A model generated the notes under the pieces. It saw nothing but the letters and a program-made list of their open reading frames with translations. It was not told the origin of the DNA and searched no databases. Of a DNA stretch of 64,000 nucleotides, positions 22,392 to 34,475 are shown in pieces. The translations under genes and the position numbers were made by a program. Origin of the DNA: Takakia lepidozioides (Eukaryota; Plantae; Bryophyta); assembly GCA_030704615.1 (NCBI GenBank), contig CM060734.1:1178001-1242000 (forward strand), read 5' to 3'. Numbering within the stretch: position 1 is the first letter of the stretch; each line of letters opens with the position of its first letter.

Positions 22392-25300
22392 ATGGCAGGT
22401 GCAGGGCGTCGCATGATGACAGCAGATCCACCAATGCAGGAAGCTGATGCACATGCAGGAGGGCCCGCCCACGCAAAGAGGCAGAAGAAAGCCAAGCACA
22501 TGCAATCCCCGGCGAGAGAGCCATCACAGGCTGCCGAGGGGGGTCTGAACAGAACACCCACCAAGGCGCGTGAGAGTGTCAGTTCCCCGCAATCAAAGGT
22601 GGTCGTCCTGGTGGCCTCCCCTGCTGCTACGCCTAGTAAGAAACAGAAGGCCCGTGAGAGGGCAAAAGAACAGGCGAGAGAGAAGGCCACTGAAGAGGCC
22701 AGGGAACTGGAAATGACAGATGCCCATGTAAGCGAGGGAGGCACTGAAACGGTGGATCCCTCTAAGACAGCAGAAACAGGCAGTAAGACACCGGCTGCAT
22801 CCTTGCCGGTTACACCATCGCGGGTGGGAGCAGCCCCCGCAATTACCCATATGGTGGAGACTGGGGGAGGGGATAGAACACCACATAGACCACGGAATGT
22901 GGGAGGTGGAGGTGAAGACGCAGTAGAGACAGGGAGAGGGCACGAGGTGCTTCAGGCGGTGATTGTCAACGTTGAGGACGATGAGAGGGACCTTTTTGAC
23001 CAGGATGACATCCTCCCGGAGATCCCCAGGCCCCAAACCCGGAGCATACAGGCTGGATGGTGGGCTGCCGGAGAACCCCCCTGCAGCAGACGTCATGTCG
23101 GAGGCGGATATGAAGTTGGCTGCTGCAAAGATGTCGGAGGCAACCCACAACAACATTGGCAGGGTCCTGGGGGGCATGGTGTACTTGGCAAAGCTTCGGA
23201 TTCCTCTCTGCCGCTTGGTATCATTGCAAGTGGTCAGACCTGCCCTCCCAGGTGATATCGACAAGCTGAAATTCTCTTTCTGGGAGGGATATCGAATGGG
23301 GTCTGCCGCGTTTTATGTCTCCATTGAGAACGACCACGGAGCTTCTCATGGCCACACTTCCAATGAGGTGGACAAATGGGGTCCCCATTGGCAAAGGCAA
23401 AATGAGGAGTTTGAGAGATTGATTGCTACTGATCCTCTTTTCCACCACTTGTCCGGGAAGATGTTTCTCAAAGCTGCTATGACAGACATCAACTCGTAAG
23501 TTACAATGCCTCTTGCTCTGGAACTTTGAATTTGAAACACTCATTTCATTGCCAATCGTCATATTTGTTGCAAATTCTCATTTCAGTGAAATGTGGCATT
23601 GCAGGGTGACTGAGAATGCCTTCATTGCCACCAACTTGTCCCACATGCTCTTCCAAGTGAAGGATGTTGGGAAGTAAGGGGTGCAAGAGTTTGCCAATTC
23701 GCTCAGTGCCGACCTACTGCGCAAGTCGGAGGCAAAGGCAGACATAACGTGGTATAGGCTGAGCATGGACACCATGGTGGACTACATATTTCAGGTACAC
23801 CGCCCAACTCTTTTGTTGACGTAATCAGTCTTTGCTCCCCCAATAGAAGGAAAAGTGTGGACCTGGATTTCTAATCTTATGTGCGCATTGAACAGGATTT
23901 GGCACATGCGCGGAGGTTCTACATGGAGTCAGAGGAGAGGAAACTAACCCTCCCGACACTGGAATCGTATCTGAAAGCTGCGGAGGCGAAGGCTCGCGTC
24001 AAGTACAAGTCGCGGATGGTGAAATACGTGGCCATTGCTGATCCCGCCCTTGGTGCCGACTTTCTGGTGGAGGTGGGGAAGCACTACTCCCGCGCTCTTA
24101 AGCCCACGATGACACTGGAGAAGCTGCATCGTCTAGCCACAGCCTGTGTGGATGCAACAGAGAAGGTTACACATTCTTAACCAAATGGCAACAATTCGTT
24201 TTCGTGGTGCCTTTCGCTTACTAATATGCACGCTGGTTGGACAGACCCGGTGGCTCCAAATCTGGACTGGGTCCCAGAGTACAAGGGACATGTGGAGCTT
24301 CCCAAAACCCGACAAACTGTCCGACCCCATATTCGACATGTGGATGAACCGCATGACATGGTGGTTTCAGGTACTTTCCCACGCTTCATTTGGCGCTTCT
24401 ACTCTTGTATCGGGTGGATTTCTTATATTTCTTGGGGAATGCGGTCTGATGGAGAATCTCCGCAGGTGACGACGAATGCGCAAGAGCAGCTTGACACCCA
24501 AGCACATTAGTTCAAGCTGGAGATTGCAGGAGAAGCAGAGAGCCTACGCAACTATGTGACGAGGTACTTTCTACTCTACAAAACTGACCTGTTCTTTCGA
24601 GAGATACCGCATGCCCGCCGGAGCCACGAGTTCACAGACCAGCCGAACGCGGACAAAGCGGCAATGCGCCTTCTGTACAGGTAAATATGGGGTGCTCCTC
24701 TTTGATCTGTGGCCATTGTAGTCCCTAGAGTTTGTGGATGTAAAACGGCTTGTGCGGGGTATGCTCGCCCTCGGGAAAAATGGCGCCGAATTACCACTTC
24801 CATTGCCCGTCACCCTGGGAGCCTAGACCAGCGGGCCCACCCCGCATGGAAATTTGGCGCCATTTTTGCAGTTTCTTGATGAAACATCAACCTCATTCCC
24901 GGGACCTGATTCTCTGTGGGTTTCTTGAATGCAGGTATTGCAAGTTCTCCCTGTTGGAGAAAGGTCATCTGTCCTTCGAGCCGCCATTCTTCCTCGCATT
25001 GAGGAACCCTGGCGCTAACTCTATGTACACTGACGATATCGTGAAGGAGTGGCATCTGGAGCGTTTGCGCGACTGTCCATGGTATGTGGACCTTCCGCCC
25101 GGAGGGCTCGACTCCTCCGAATTTCAGTTGAAGCTAGATGCTGAGGCCCGCCGAAACCGGGCTCCGCTGCCTCCGCTGGGTCCAAAGGAGGCGAAACCGC
25201 TTGCCAAGTCCAGGAAAGCGGCAGAGCTTGCTCAGGCAGGTATTCAGGAGAAGTTGAATGACAAGAAAAAAGGGTTGAAGAAAAGGACATGGAAACAGGG

Positions 25301-25773
25301 GACTGCAAGTACCCCCCAAAAAACAGAAAACCAGCGGGGCATGAGAGGAGGCGTAGGAGGGGCCCGAAGGGAGTGACTCCGACGACGACTTTGTGCAATG
25401 TCGTGCGACTGCTGCTGCTGCTGCTGCTGCTACCAAGTCACCAGTTGTCCGGGTTCCCAAGTCAGTTTGGATTGGGACTGGCTCTGCCAAGAAGTTGGCA
25501 TTTGAGGACGAGCCTACATGGCGGTATTCGGCGGTGACGTTCCCCCACAGGCCAAAGTTAGAACCCCCAACAATCATCCAATGTGTCAATGAGAGCTTCC
25601 TTGACGCTCTGGCTGCCAGGGCGAAGAAGGTGGCACACAACAAGTCTCTGGAGGAGCTGAAGGGGAAAGCGAAGAAGAGGGCTGCCGCTATAGAGCCTAA
25701 AGACACCCCTGGTTTGGAAGCCATGATGGAATTATTCACGGCTGTGAGCACGGATTGTAAGAGCACTCGAAGG

Positions 25774-25806
<33 letters not shown>

Positions 25807-27291
25807 TGAGGTGGAGAGTGAGCCTGTGATATGATTCTCCTCGATATTCCAGATGGGAGCTGCTCGAGGGCCTGGATGGTGTGCCCACCTAGAACAAGTT
25901 TAGTGAGGACTACTGGAGAGCCGGGTCTGGGCTGATGCTCCTGGATGACGGTGGATGTATGGTGGTCCTTGCCACAAGAGGGAAGACCATAGAGAATGTT
26001 GTGGCAAGGTGGACACCGAAAAGTGCCACCCCGGTTCTGCATCAATATGCAGGGGTTGCGAACAGAGGGCCAGAGTGGAAGTTATTAATCTATTGCCTTC
26101 ACTTCATATCGTGGTGTATCTAAACTAGACCTTGGAGTTGATCCCTCTTTTGTTGGATGTGCAGACATTGGTGTTTGAGGCATATTGTTTTGTGAAGAGA
26201 GGGTCTACGTTCAAATTCCGCAATGACAGTCGTCTTGTTGATGCCACTATGGACCCTGTTACCTACGATGTCCTCTACAACTATGTGCCCCACTCCAGTA
26301 TGCCGAAGGACATAAAGACAGGCAAACCGTGGCGGTACAGCCGAACCCGGAGCCCTGCTTTCATCCAAACCCGCATGGAGACGTGCTCTGATGTCCAAGG
26401 GCGGATTCTTGACCTCACATGCGGCACGGGTAAGCCTTCACGTGCACAGTATATCCCTTGTCCCGATTGCAATTGCATGCCGCATGCTACTAACTGCCCG
26501 CTTTGTCCCTCAGGTGCTTCAATGTGGGCTGGGACATTGTCCGACAGGCATGTCTTCGCCTTCGAGCCAGATACTGCCCTCCACAACTTGGAACTAGCAG
26601 CAGCTGAACGTCTGCCGAATGTGGAAGAGGCATCCTCGGAGGATGAGGAAGAATCCGAGAGGGAGCAGGGGGAGGTACAAGTTGGGATCAAGGCAGAAGA
26701 GCCCCCGGTTTACGAGTGAGTGGTCGCATTGTAAGTTGCCTCCTGATTTCGTGAGGCACCTCCCTTCGCTCTCTTATTTCATTGGCCGACCCTTTCTGCT
26801 TCTGCTGGTATTGACGGTCTTGAAGTGGATTTGTTCTTACTGCAGGATGCCAAGTACTACAGGAGGGACGTCTATACCGCAGTTCATGGGCAGGAGGAAC
26901 ATGTCTTTTTTTGCTAGGGGGGATTTCATGCCGAGTCCAGAAAGGGACTACATCCTTCCTACTTATGCTGCCCGGCTTGCTTCGGTGTCCATTAGGAGGT
27001 CTTCCGAACCTAGTCGTGTACAGCAGATTTTAGACGAGGCAAGCCTCAAGAAAATGAAGATGAGGGAGGAGGCAGTAGCTATTAGAGCCCTTCAGGCTTG
27101 TAGATTTGTCTTGGATTCTGCTGAGGATAGTGGGAGAGAAGAGGCAGAAGATTCCCAGGAGGTGAGGTGGACAGTCCCCCAAGGAGAGGACGGTATTTTT
27201 GAGAGGCATAGTGGAACTGATGCATCTCAGAGGGGATGAGGGAGATGAGGAGGAAGGTGGGGCAAGTTCCTCGGAGGGTGTAGGAAAGTAG
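22392..27291 (+). pseudogene. Spliced MULE accessory gene: low-complexity N-terminus, ParB-like region, C-terminal N4-C/N6-A (beta-class-like) DNA methyltransferase fold
   Basis: RIPLCRLVSLQVVRPALPGDIDKLKFSF (ParB-like start). CDMILLDIPDG at 25825-25857 sits at the motif IV position, followed by RSPAFIQTRMETCSDVQGRILDLTCGTG|ASMWAGTLSDRHVFAFEPD (motifs X-I-II). GT-AG introns include 24681-24934, 26430-26513 and 26716-26845. Contains stops and frameshifts. Confidence 0.68.
25775..25804 (+). repeat. 30-nt poly-G run
   Basis: Direct count. It lies in coding sequence and keeps the frame to the DIPD motif. Confidence 0.9.
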
Positions 27292-27516
27292 TGCCCATTC
27301 CGGCTATGACAGTTAGGACACACTTGTATAGATGTGGCTTGCCACAAAATTGGCAATAAAATGTTGCATTTCATTGCTATGACGAGTCCAGCTTCAAATG
27401 ACCTTATTTCCGTGCCTCCTAACCCTATTTCCGTGGACACACAATTGTTCGCTCATGTTTTTTTTTTTTTTTTTTTTCCCGCTCATGTTCATGCCGCTCA
27501 TGAAATAGCAGCCCCC

Positions 27517-27908
27517 CATTTGATGGGGTGCAATGGCCAACACACCTGATAGTGGATAGCATCATGGACACGGAGAGATAGTCTCAATGTGTGAGACACA
27601 ATGACCGGTCAAGGGTCAACAAGGTGGGTCACCCACAAGTAGCATTGCCTACACTGCTCAGCTTTCCAGGATCTCATGCTTTCTGGGATGTTGGACCTGG
27701 CCTCCTGTAGGATGCTAAGTTGCAACAGTTAGTGGAGCCCAATGTCGACGAGCGTGAGCGGGCGATGGGTTTTGCCACGGTGGTGCCATCTCTTTCTGAG
27801 GCATCACGTCGTCAGGTGTTGGGGCAAGCAATGGATCTCAATTGCTTGACATGGATTATCAGCTTGGCTATGGCTGAGCAGCGTAGAGTGCGAAGTACAC
27901 TTCATTGA
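27517..27908 (+). pseudogene. DNMT3-like methyltransferase domain, C-terminal part (motifs IX-X)
   Basis: EPNVDERERAMGF...SEASRRQVLGQAMDLNCL matches the DNMT3/DRM pattern E.ER.FGF...R...LG.. Confidence 0.85.
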
Positions 27909-28573
27909 TGGTCTCTCTGCCTACCGAGACGGTACAGGCAGCGAGTGGGGGCGAGCAAAATGAGGACCACGGGGTGCAGGCATCCATGGCACACGTGGGA
28001 GGTGCTCGAGGTTCAGAGGGAGTTGGCAGCCAAGGCGGCGGTGATGGATGAGGTTGGGGATTTTTCTCGGGTTGCGGAAGTCCTCAAGGAAGGGATGATA
28101 GGGCAGGATGAGGCCTTGTAACTGACAGAGCAGGCAGGGAGTCCTACTCAAGAGGTTGCAGCATAGTAACCACGGGACGCGTCTTCTACCTCTAAGTCTG
28201 CTGGACTTAAGGTTGCAGTCACGGAGGACAATTGGAAGTCGGATGTTGGACCCATAGTCACCGGAGGAGAGAAACGATGTATATGGCGATTCTTGAGGCT
28301 TACAAGAATTGTTTTGCCTTCAGTTTGAAGGACTTGGGAGCACTGAAGGGTCAGAAAATTCGCATTGAGTTGGCCACTGACATGTCAATCTTTCGGAGAC
28401 CCTATAGATATAGTGACATGCAAAGGTCCTTGATTCAAATGAGGACTTAGGACCTTTGGGAGGCTGGTTTGGTGGAGCTATTTGGTGGAGAGTATGCTTC
28501 AGCCACAGTGATGCCAGCCAAGAAGGATGTCTATGGCAATTGGACGGAGAGACGTATGTGCGGGGATTACCGG

Positions 28574-31500
28574 TGTCACGGCCCTTTGCCTTGAGGGCAA
28601 GGGGTCGGGACACAAGAGGGGCTGCCCCTGTGGTGGGGGCAGTGGCAACAATAGATGCGGGGGCTGAAGCACCCTCGAGTGCCCAAGGCACTCGAGGAGG
28701 CGGAGGCGCTCACTAGGTGGAGCCCCGCACACCGGGTTGCGGTGAGGGTGGCTCCACAAGGGGGTGGCGGTAGCTTAGTGGGACATAGTGGGGGTGACAT
28801 AGGACTCACCATGGGGCGGAGACCTTGTGGTGGGAGTCGTGGGGGGTCTTGGGACTCATCACGGACCAATGGGGCCGTGGTGGGTGGGCCAAGACTCACC
28901 GCGACTCATCACCGGGAATCGAGGGTCTTCGTGGTGGTTCGCCATAAAATGGCATGAGTCACAGAAGTATATATAGGGAGTAGTAACCCCGAGAACGGTG
29001 CAAGCCCGTTGGTGACCAAAAACTAGTGAGTAAGCGAGCGAGCCGGAAAGCGACCAAAGAGTGGGGAGCTATTCCGGACTGCCATCTACCAAAGGGAATT
29101 TCCAGTAGGCCCAAATTGGTGGAGGGTCTGTTGGGGGAGAGAAGGGGGACCGTTATGTCCCGGTGAGCAGCCGAAGCTCCGAGTTGGCCCGGCGGCCAGG
29201 TAGGGAGTTAGGCGTGCGCATCAAAGCGAGTAACTATGATTTGAAGGGGAGCTTACCGAAGTGAGATGCGCGACACTTGGTATCAGAGCTTAGAGTTCAG
29301 TACGCGATCGTCCTTGGGATTGGCCTCATCATGGGGTCGGGCAAGCCAAAACAAAAGCGGAACGGCCCGAAAGATGATGATCCTGGTGAGCCCGATGGGG
29401 GCGACGTGTCACTGAAGCGGCCATTTAAGGAAGCGATGCATGCTTTTGGAATCGAGGCTGCTCAAGAACGGAGGAATCTGAGGAGTCGGAGCCTGAGGAA
29501 ATCCTGAAAGCTCCGACAGACCAACAGATGCCTCCCATGCCAGCAGCCTTTTGGGAAGGGTTGCTGGCGCAGTTTGGCGGGACGTTGAAAGTCGTGTTGA
29601 AGGTGGCTAATGCCACTTCCACTAAGGCAAAAATTAAGATGAAGCCTAAGGAACCCGACACCTTCGAGGGCGTCCGAAATCGGAAGGCAGTCAACACCTG
29701 GTTCTTGGAGCTAGAGCAGTACTTCCGGGCGGCCAAGTTGAGTGACGAGGATCGGGTGGAAGTGGCTCCCACCTATTTGAGGGGATATGCTCAACAATGG
29801 TGGTAGAAACGCCTTCACGACCAAGGTCCAAACCCAGAAACCTTGAACTGGAATGGGTTCAAGGAATTTATGAAAAGACAGTTTGTTCCCCTCAACGCGT
29901 CCTGGCTCGCCCGGGACAAGATGAGGAATTTGAAGCAAACGGATGACATTCGGGGATATGTTCAGGCTTTCAATGTGCTATTGCTCGAAGTCGCGGATAT
30001 GGCGGAACCAGAAATGGTCTTCAACTTTGTGGCGGGACAAGCCCCATGGGCCAGGCGGAAGTTGGAGGAGAAGCCACCTAAGACCTTGAACGAGGCAATT
30101 GAAAGGGTTGAATGTTTCTCGGATGTCCCTAGGGGCGAAAGACAAGGTCGTATGGAGCTGAACCACAAGAAGACCCGGCGGGAGGGTGACTCATTTCGAC
30201 CGGAAAAAAAGTGGGATACGCCACGCGGCGACAATGGCACGTGGAAATCGAATGGAGGTCCTTCTCACGCCAACACGGCACCCGGTGCTCCGAAAGGAAA
30301 AGCAGGTGCGGCGGCTTATGGTGGACAAAAGGCGACCTTCGATGGAGTGTGCTTTAATTGCAGGGAGCCCGGGCACATGGCTAAGAAGTGTGCAAAACCC
30401 CGACAATTGAACATGACTCGAGCGACCACAGAGCTGTCGGAAGATTCCATCAGCCGCTTGGTGGAAGCGGTGGTCGCCAAGACTTGCAAGGTAGGCAACT
30501 ACTCTTGTGAGTTGTATCAGGAAACAGGCGCCCTGCGTAAAGGGAGTCAATTATTGTTCGTGAGTGGGATAATTTCTGGAACTAACGTGTCGTTGTTGGT
30601 GGACACAGGAGCGTCGCACTCCTTCATGACACCGGCAACGGCACGGAAGCTGGGACTCCCGACAAGTGATGTGGGGGCCTCTATTGAGCTGCCAAAGGAG
30701 AACCACAATTGGCGACGAGGTTGGCGTTCGATGTTCCTCTTCAACTGGGGAGTTGGGAAGGGCGTGAGAACTTCACCATTTGCGAGATCGATGGAGTGGA
30801 TCTCATTTTGGGGATGACCTTTTTGAGCAAATCCGGAGCGGTCATAGATGGCCGCAAAAAAGTAGTCACGCTACTGTGTGGGAATGGTGGCAAAGTTTTA
30901 CGAGTGTCGGAAACGCCCAACCCCGTAGGAGGGCGAATAAACCTTCTGTCAGCAAGGGAGTGGGCCGTGGAGGAGTCACACGAACCCCAGTTTTTGCTTT
31001 ATGTAAGACAAGTGAAGGGAGAAGGCGATGGGGAGCCGAGCCCAGATTGGATCAAGGGGATTTTGGAGAAATACCAGGATGTGATGCCGAAGGATTTACC
31101 AAGCGGTTTGCCACCGCGAAGGGGAGTTGACCACAAGATTGAGGTGATACCGGGATCGGAGCCGCCTGCCAAGGCGCCCTAACGGTTGAGCCACAGATAG
31201 TTGGTCGAGCTGAAGACTCAGCTCAAGGATCTAATGTCAAAGGGGTATATCCGGCCGAGTAAGTCACCTTACGGAGCCCCGGTGCTATTCGCAGACAAGA
31301 AGAATGGGACGCTATGGATGTGTGTCGATTACAGGGCCGTGAATAAGGTGACTATCAAGAACTGGTACCCTTTGCCAAGGATCGACGACCTCTTTGATCG
31401 GTTGGCAAGAGCAAAGTATTTCAGCCGGATCGATTTGCGCTCCGGGTATCATCAGATCCGAGTGGCGGAAGGAGATGAGGAGAAGACCGCGTGTAGGACA

Positions 31501-33106
31501 AGATATGGTTTGTATGAGTTCTTGGTGATGCCTTTTGGGCTCACCAACGCACCCGCCCGAATTCGCACTTTGAAGCTTTGGCATACAGCTTCCCTTCCCG
31601 CAATTTCTGGAACACCCTTTTGAGGTGCTCCTGGTGCTCTTCCTTTGTTTTCGAGTACACCAGTATGTCGTCGATGTATATGATCACAAAATCTTCCAAC
31701 CACTCCTGGAAAAGGCTATTCATTAGCGTGCTAAAAATAAGAAACTGAATGAAGTGGAGCGACGGTGGCCTACGCATGAGAAGAAAATGAAGGCGGTGGT
31801 GCATTGCCTTGAGCTTTGGCGCCACTATGTTGGTTCCAACCCGGTGAAGGTGTTCACAGACAATGTCATGGTGAAGTATTTTGCCACACAGCCTAAGTTG
31901 TCCCCAAAACAACTTAGGTGGCAAGATACTTTGGCAGTGTTCGACGTGGATATCCAGTACAAACCGGGACGGGACAATATGGTGGCCGATGCTTTAAGTA
32001 GAAAGCAGCAGCTCATGTTGGTGTACGGGGGCAAGACGGCGCTCCAAAGGAAGATCCAGAAGGCTTATCGGAGGGATGAGATGGCGAAGTCCGTGATGCG
32101 GGACTTGAGGATGGGGGTTAAATCGCAGTTCCACTTGCAAAATGGACTGCTCCGATATAAGCAAAAGCGTCTCTACGTGTCGAAGGGAGGGATCAGAGAT
32201 AGTCTCTTGAGAGAATGCCATGATGGCCCGCTTGCGGGCCACGGCAGAGCCAAGCACACCGCGGCACTCCTGAAGAAAGAGTATTTCTGGCCCAAACTGA
32301 GGGAGGAGGCCGAGGAGTATGTCAAGACATGCACCACATGCCAATAAAACCGGAGCGAGTACAAAAAGCAAGCGCGGCTGTTACAACCCTTACCGATTCC
32401 AGAGGGGTCTTCGGAAAGTGTCTCAATGGATTTCATGACTGCTATGCCATTGTCAAAAGGATTTGATGCAATCATGGTGGTGGTGGATAGGTTCAGTAAA
32501 ATGGGCCATTTCATCCCCACCAAGGAGACGGCAACGGCGCAGGAGACGGGACGACTTTACTTCGCCCACATCTTCAAGCATCATGGACTCCCGAAGGATA
32601 TTGTCTCGGACCGCGATCCAAAGTTTACAAGTAAATTTTGGAGGGCACTTTGGAAGAAAATGGGGACGAGGCTCAAAATGAGCACCGCTTTCCGACCTAC
32701 GACAGACGGCCAAACGGAAAGGGTGAATTCCGTGGTGAAGCAGATCTTGTGGAATTACGTGTCGGCAGACCAATCGGACTGGGTGGAACACTTGGATGCG
32801 GCAGAGTTCTGTTATAATAATACAAAACACTCCGCAACAGGAGTTTCCCCTTTCGTATTGGTCTATGGAAAAGCACCTTTGGTGTCGACAAGTTGGGCCG
32901 CCCAAGACGGTGAGGAACCGGCAGCAGCGGCGGTACTGGAAGAACGTGAACGTTTGTTGAAGCTTGCAAAGTGTTTTATTGCCAAAGCTAGGAAACGGTA
33001 TGAACGGCAGGCAAATCGGAAGAAACATCATCTACACTCATATAATGGCACAAAGGAAAATATACTAGGGGTGTCATTTTTAAAACCAACCCTGAGGTGT
33101 GCGACA
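28574..33106 (+). mobile_element. Galadriel-like Ty3/gypsy nested in the host RT; 5' LTR 28574-29275, PBS-Met 29278-29289, 3' LTR reduced to ~14 bp
   Basis: 5-bp TSD ACCGG at 28569-28573 and 33107-33111, PBS TGGTATCAGAGC, gag, protease LVDTGA, RT, RNase H ([12 protein letters not shown]), integrase SDRDPKF. Confidence 0.93.
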
Positions 33107-33754
33107 ACCGGCCTATAAATCGTCAGACCAAGTCCGATAGATATGCCATGCCAACGCCGGAGGAGATCTTTGATGCCATTGGGCATGCCAAGATCTTTAG
33201 CACTTTGGATTTGCGATCCAGATATCACCAGTTGCCGATCATGGAGGCGGACCGGCAGAAGACGACGTTCTGGGGATCAATGAGCACGGCAAGGATTGTC
33301 TATATCAGTGGCGATTCTTACCATTCGGGCTGAAGAATGCTCTTACAAAATTCCAGATAGTCATGGACAGGATTAGAACTGGCAGGGGTGGAATTTGCTC
33401 GGTGCTACATAGATGACATCATCATCTTCAGTGCTACGATGGAAGAGCATGAGAGACACCTTCAAGTGGTATTTGAGGGCTTGAGAGCACACAGATTGAA
33501 GTAACATCCGGGGAAGTGCAAGTTTTTCTACAACCAGATTGAATATCTGGGTCACATGATATATCCTGGAGGATTGGGGGTACAGCAGACTAAGGCAGAG
33601 GCCATTGCACAGATTCCACGCCCCACGGATGTGAGCCGAGTTCGAGTTATGGGGTTGGCAAACTACTATCGACGGTTTGTCAAGGGATTTAGTGCTATTG
33701 CAAAGGCTCTAACCAAGCTCACCAAGGTGGACCAGGAGTGGCAGTGGGAAGATG

Positions 33755-34475
33755 TGTCGCTGCCCTTTGCCTTGAGGGCAGGGGGTCGGGACACGAGAGG
33801 GGCTGCCCCTGTGGTGGGGGCAGTGGCAACAAGCGGGGGCTGAAGCACCCTTGAGTGCCCAAGGCACTCAAGGAGGTGGAGGCGCTCACTAGATGGAGCC
33901 CCGCACACCGGGTTGCGGTGGGGGTGGTTCCACGAGGGGTGGTGATAGCTTAGTGGGACTTAGTGGGGGTGACATATGACTCACCATGGGGGCGGAGACC
34001 TTGTGGTGGGAGCCGTGGGGAGTCTTGGGACTCATCACGGTCCAATGGGACCGTGATGGGTGGGCCAAGACTCATCGCGACTCATCACAGGGAGTCGAGG
34101 GTTTTCGTGGTGGTTCGCCATAAAATGACATGGTTGTTTGTGAAACCCCCGCGGACAGTCATAGAAGTATATATAGGGAGTAGTAACCCCGAGAACGGTG
34201 CAAGCCCGTTGGTGACCAAAAGCTAATGAGTAAGCGAGCGCGCCGGAAAGCGACCAAGGTGTGCGGAGCTGTTCCAGACTGCCATCGACCAAAGGGAATT
34301 TCCACTTGGCTCAAATTGAGAGAGGGTCTCAGGGAGGAGTAAAGGGGGACCGTTATGTCCCGGAGGGCAGCCGAAGCTTCGAGTTGGCCCGGTGGCCAGT
34401 TTGGGAGTTAGGCGCGCTCATCAAAGCAAGTAACTATGACTTGAAGGGGAGCTTACCGAAGTGAGGTGCGCGACA
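33755..34475 (+). mobile_element. Solo LTR of the Galadriel-like family
   Basis: TGTCG...CGACA, similar to 28574-29275 and to the reverse complement of 6924-7636. No PBS follows and there is no 5-bp TSD. Confidence 0.93.

Larger units (their letters stand above)
15168..27516 (-). mobile_element. 12.3-kb Mutator-like (MULE) DNA transposon with accessory genes
   Basis: 9-bp TSD CATTTGATG at 15159-15167 and 27517-27525. Imperfect TIRs (GCTATTTCA(A/T)GAGC, ATGAGCGG repeats). The host reading frame rejoins across the insertion (KRAFDG|VQWPTHLIVDS). Confidence 0.88.

Noticed and set aside
25134-26045. 303-aa minus-strand ORF with poly-Pro and poly-Ala
   Set aside because: It is the antisense shadow of the accessory gene; the runs come from poly-G and (GCT)n.
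22392-27291. Bacterial contamination or a restriction-modification operon
   Set aside because: The gene has spliceosomal introns conserved with its paralogue, there is no restriction enzyme, and it is nested in plant TEs.
14600-27908. Host DNMT3/DRM gene with a large intron
   Set aside because: The interruption has a TSD and TIRs rather than splice sites, and the domain lies between retroelement protease and RT.
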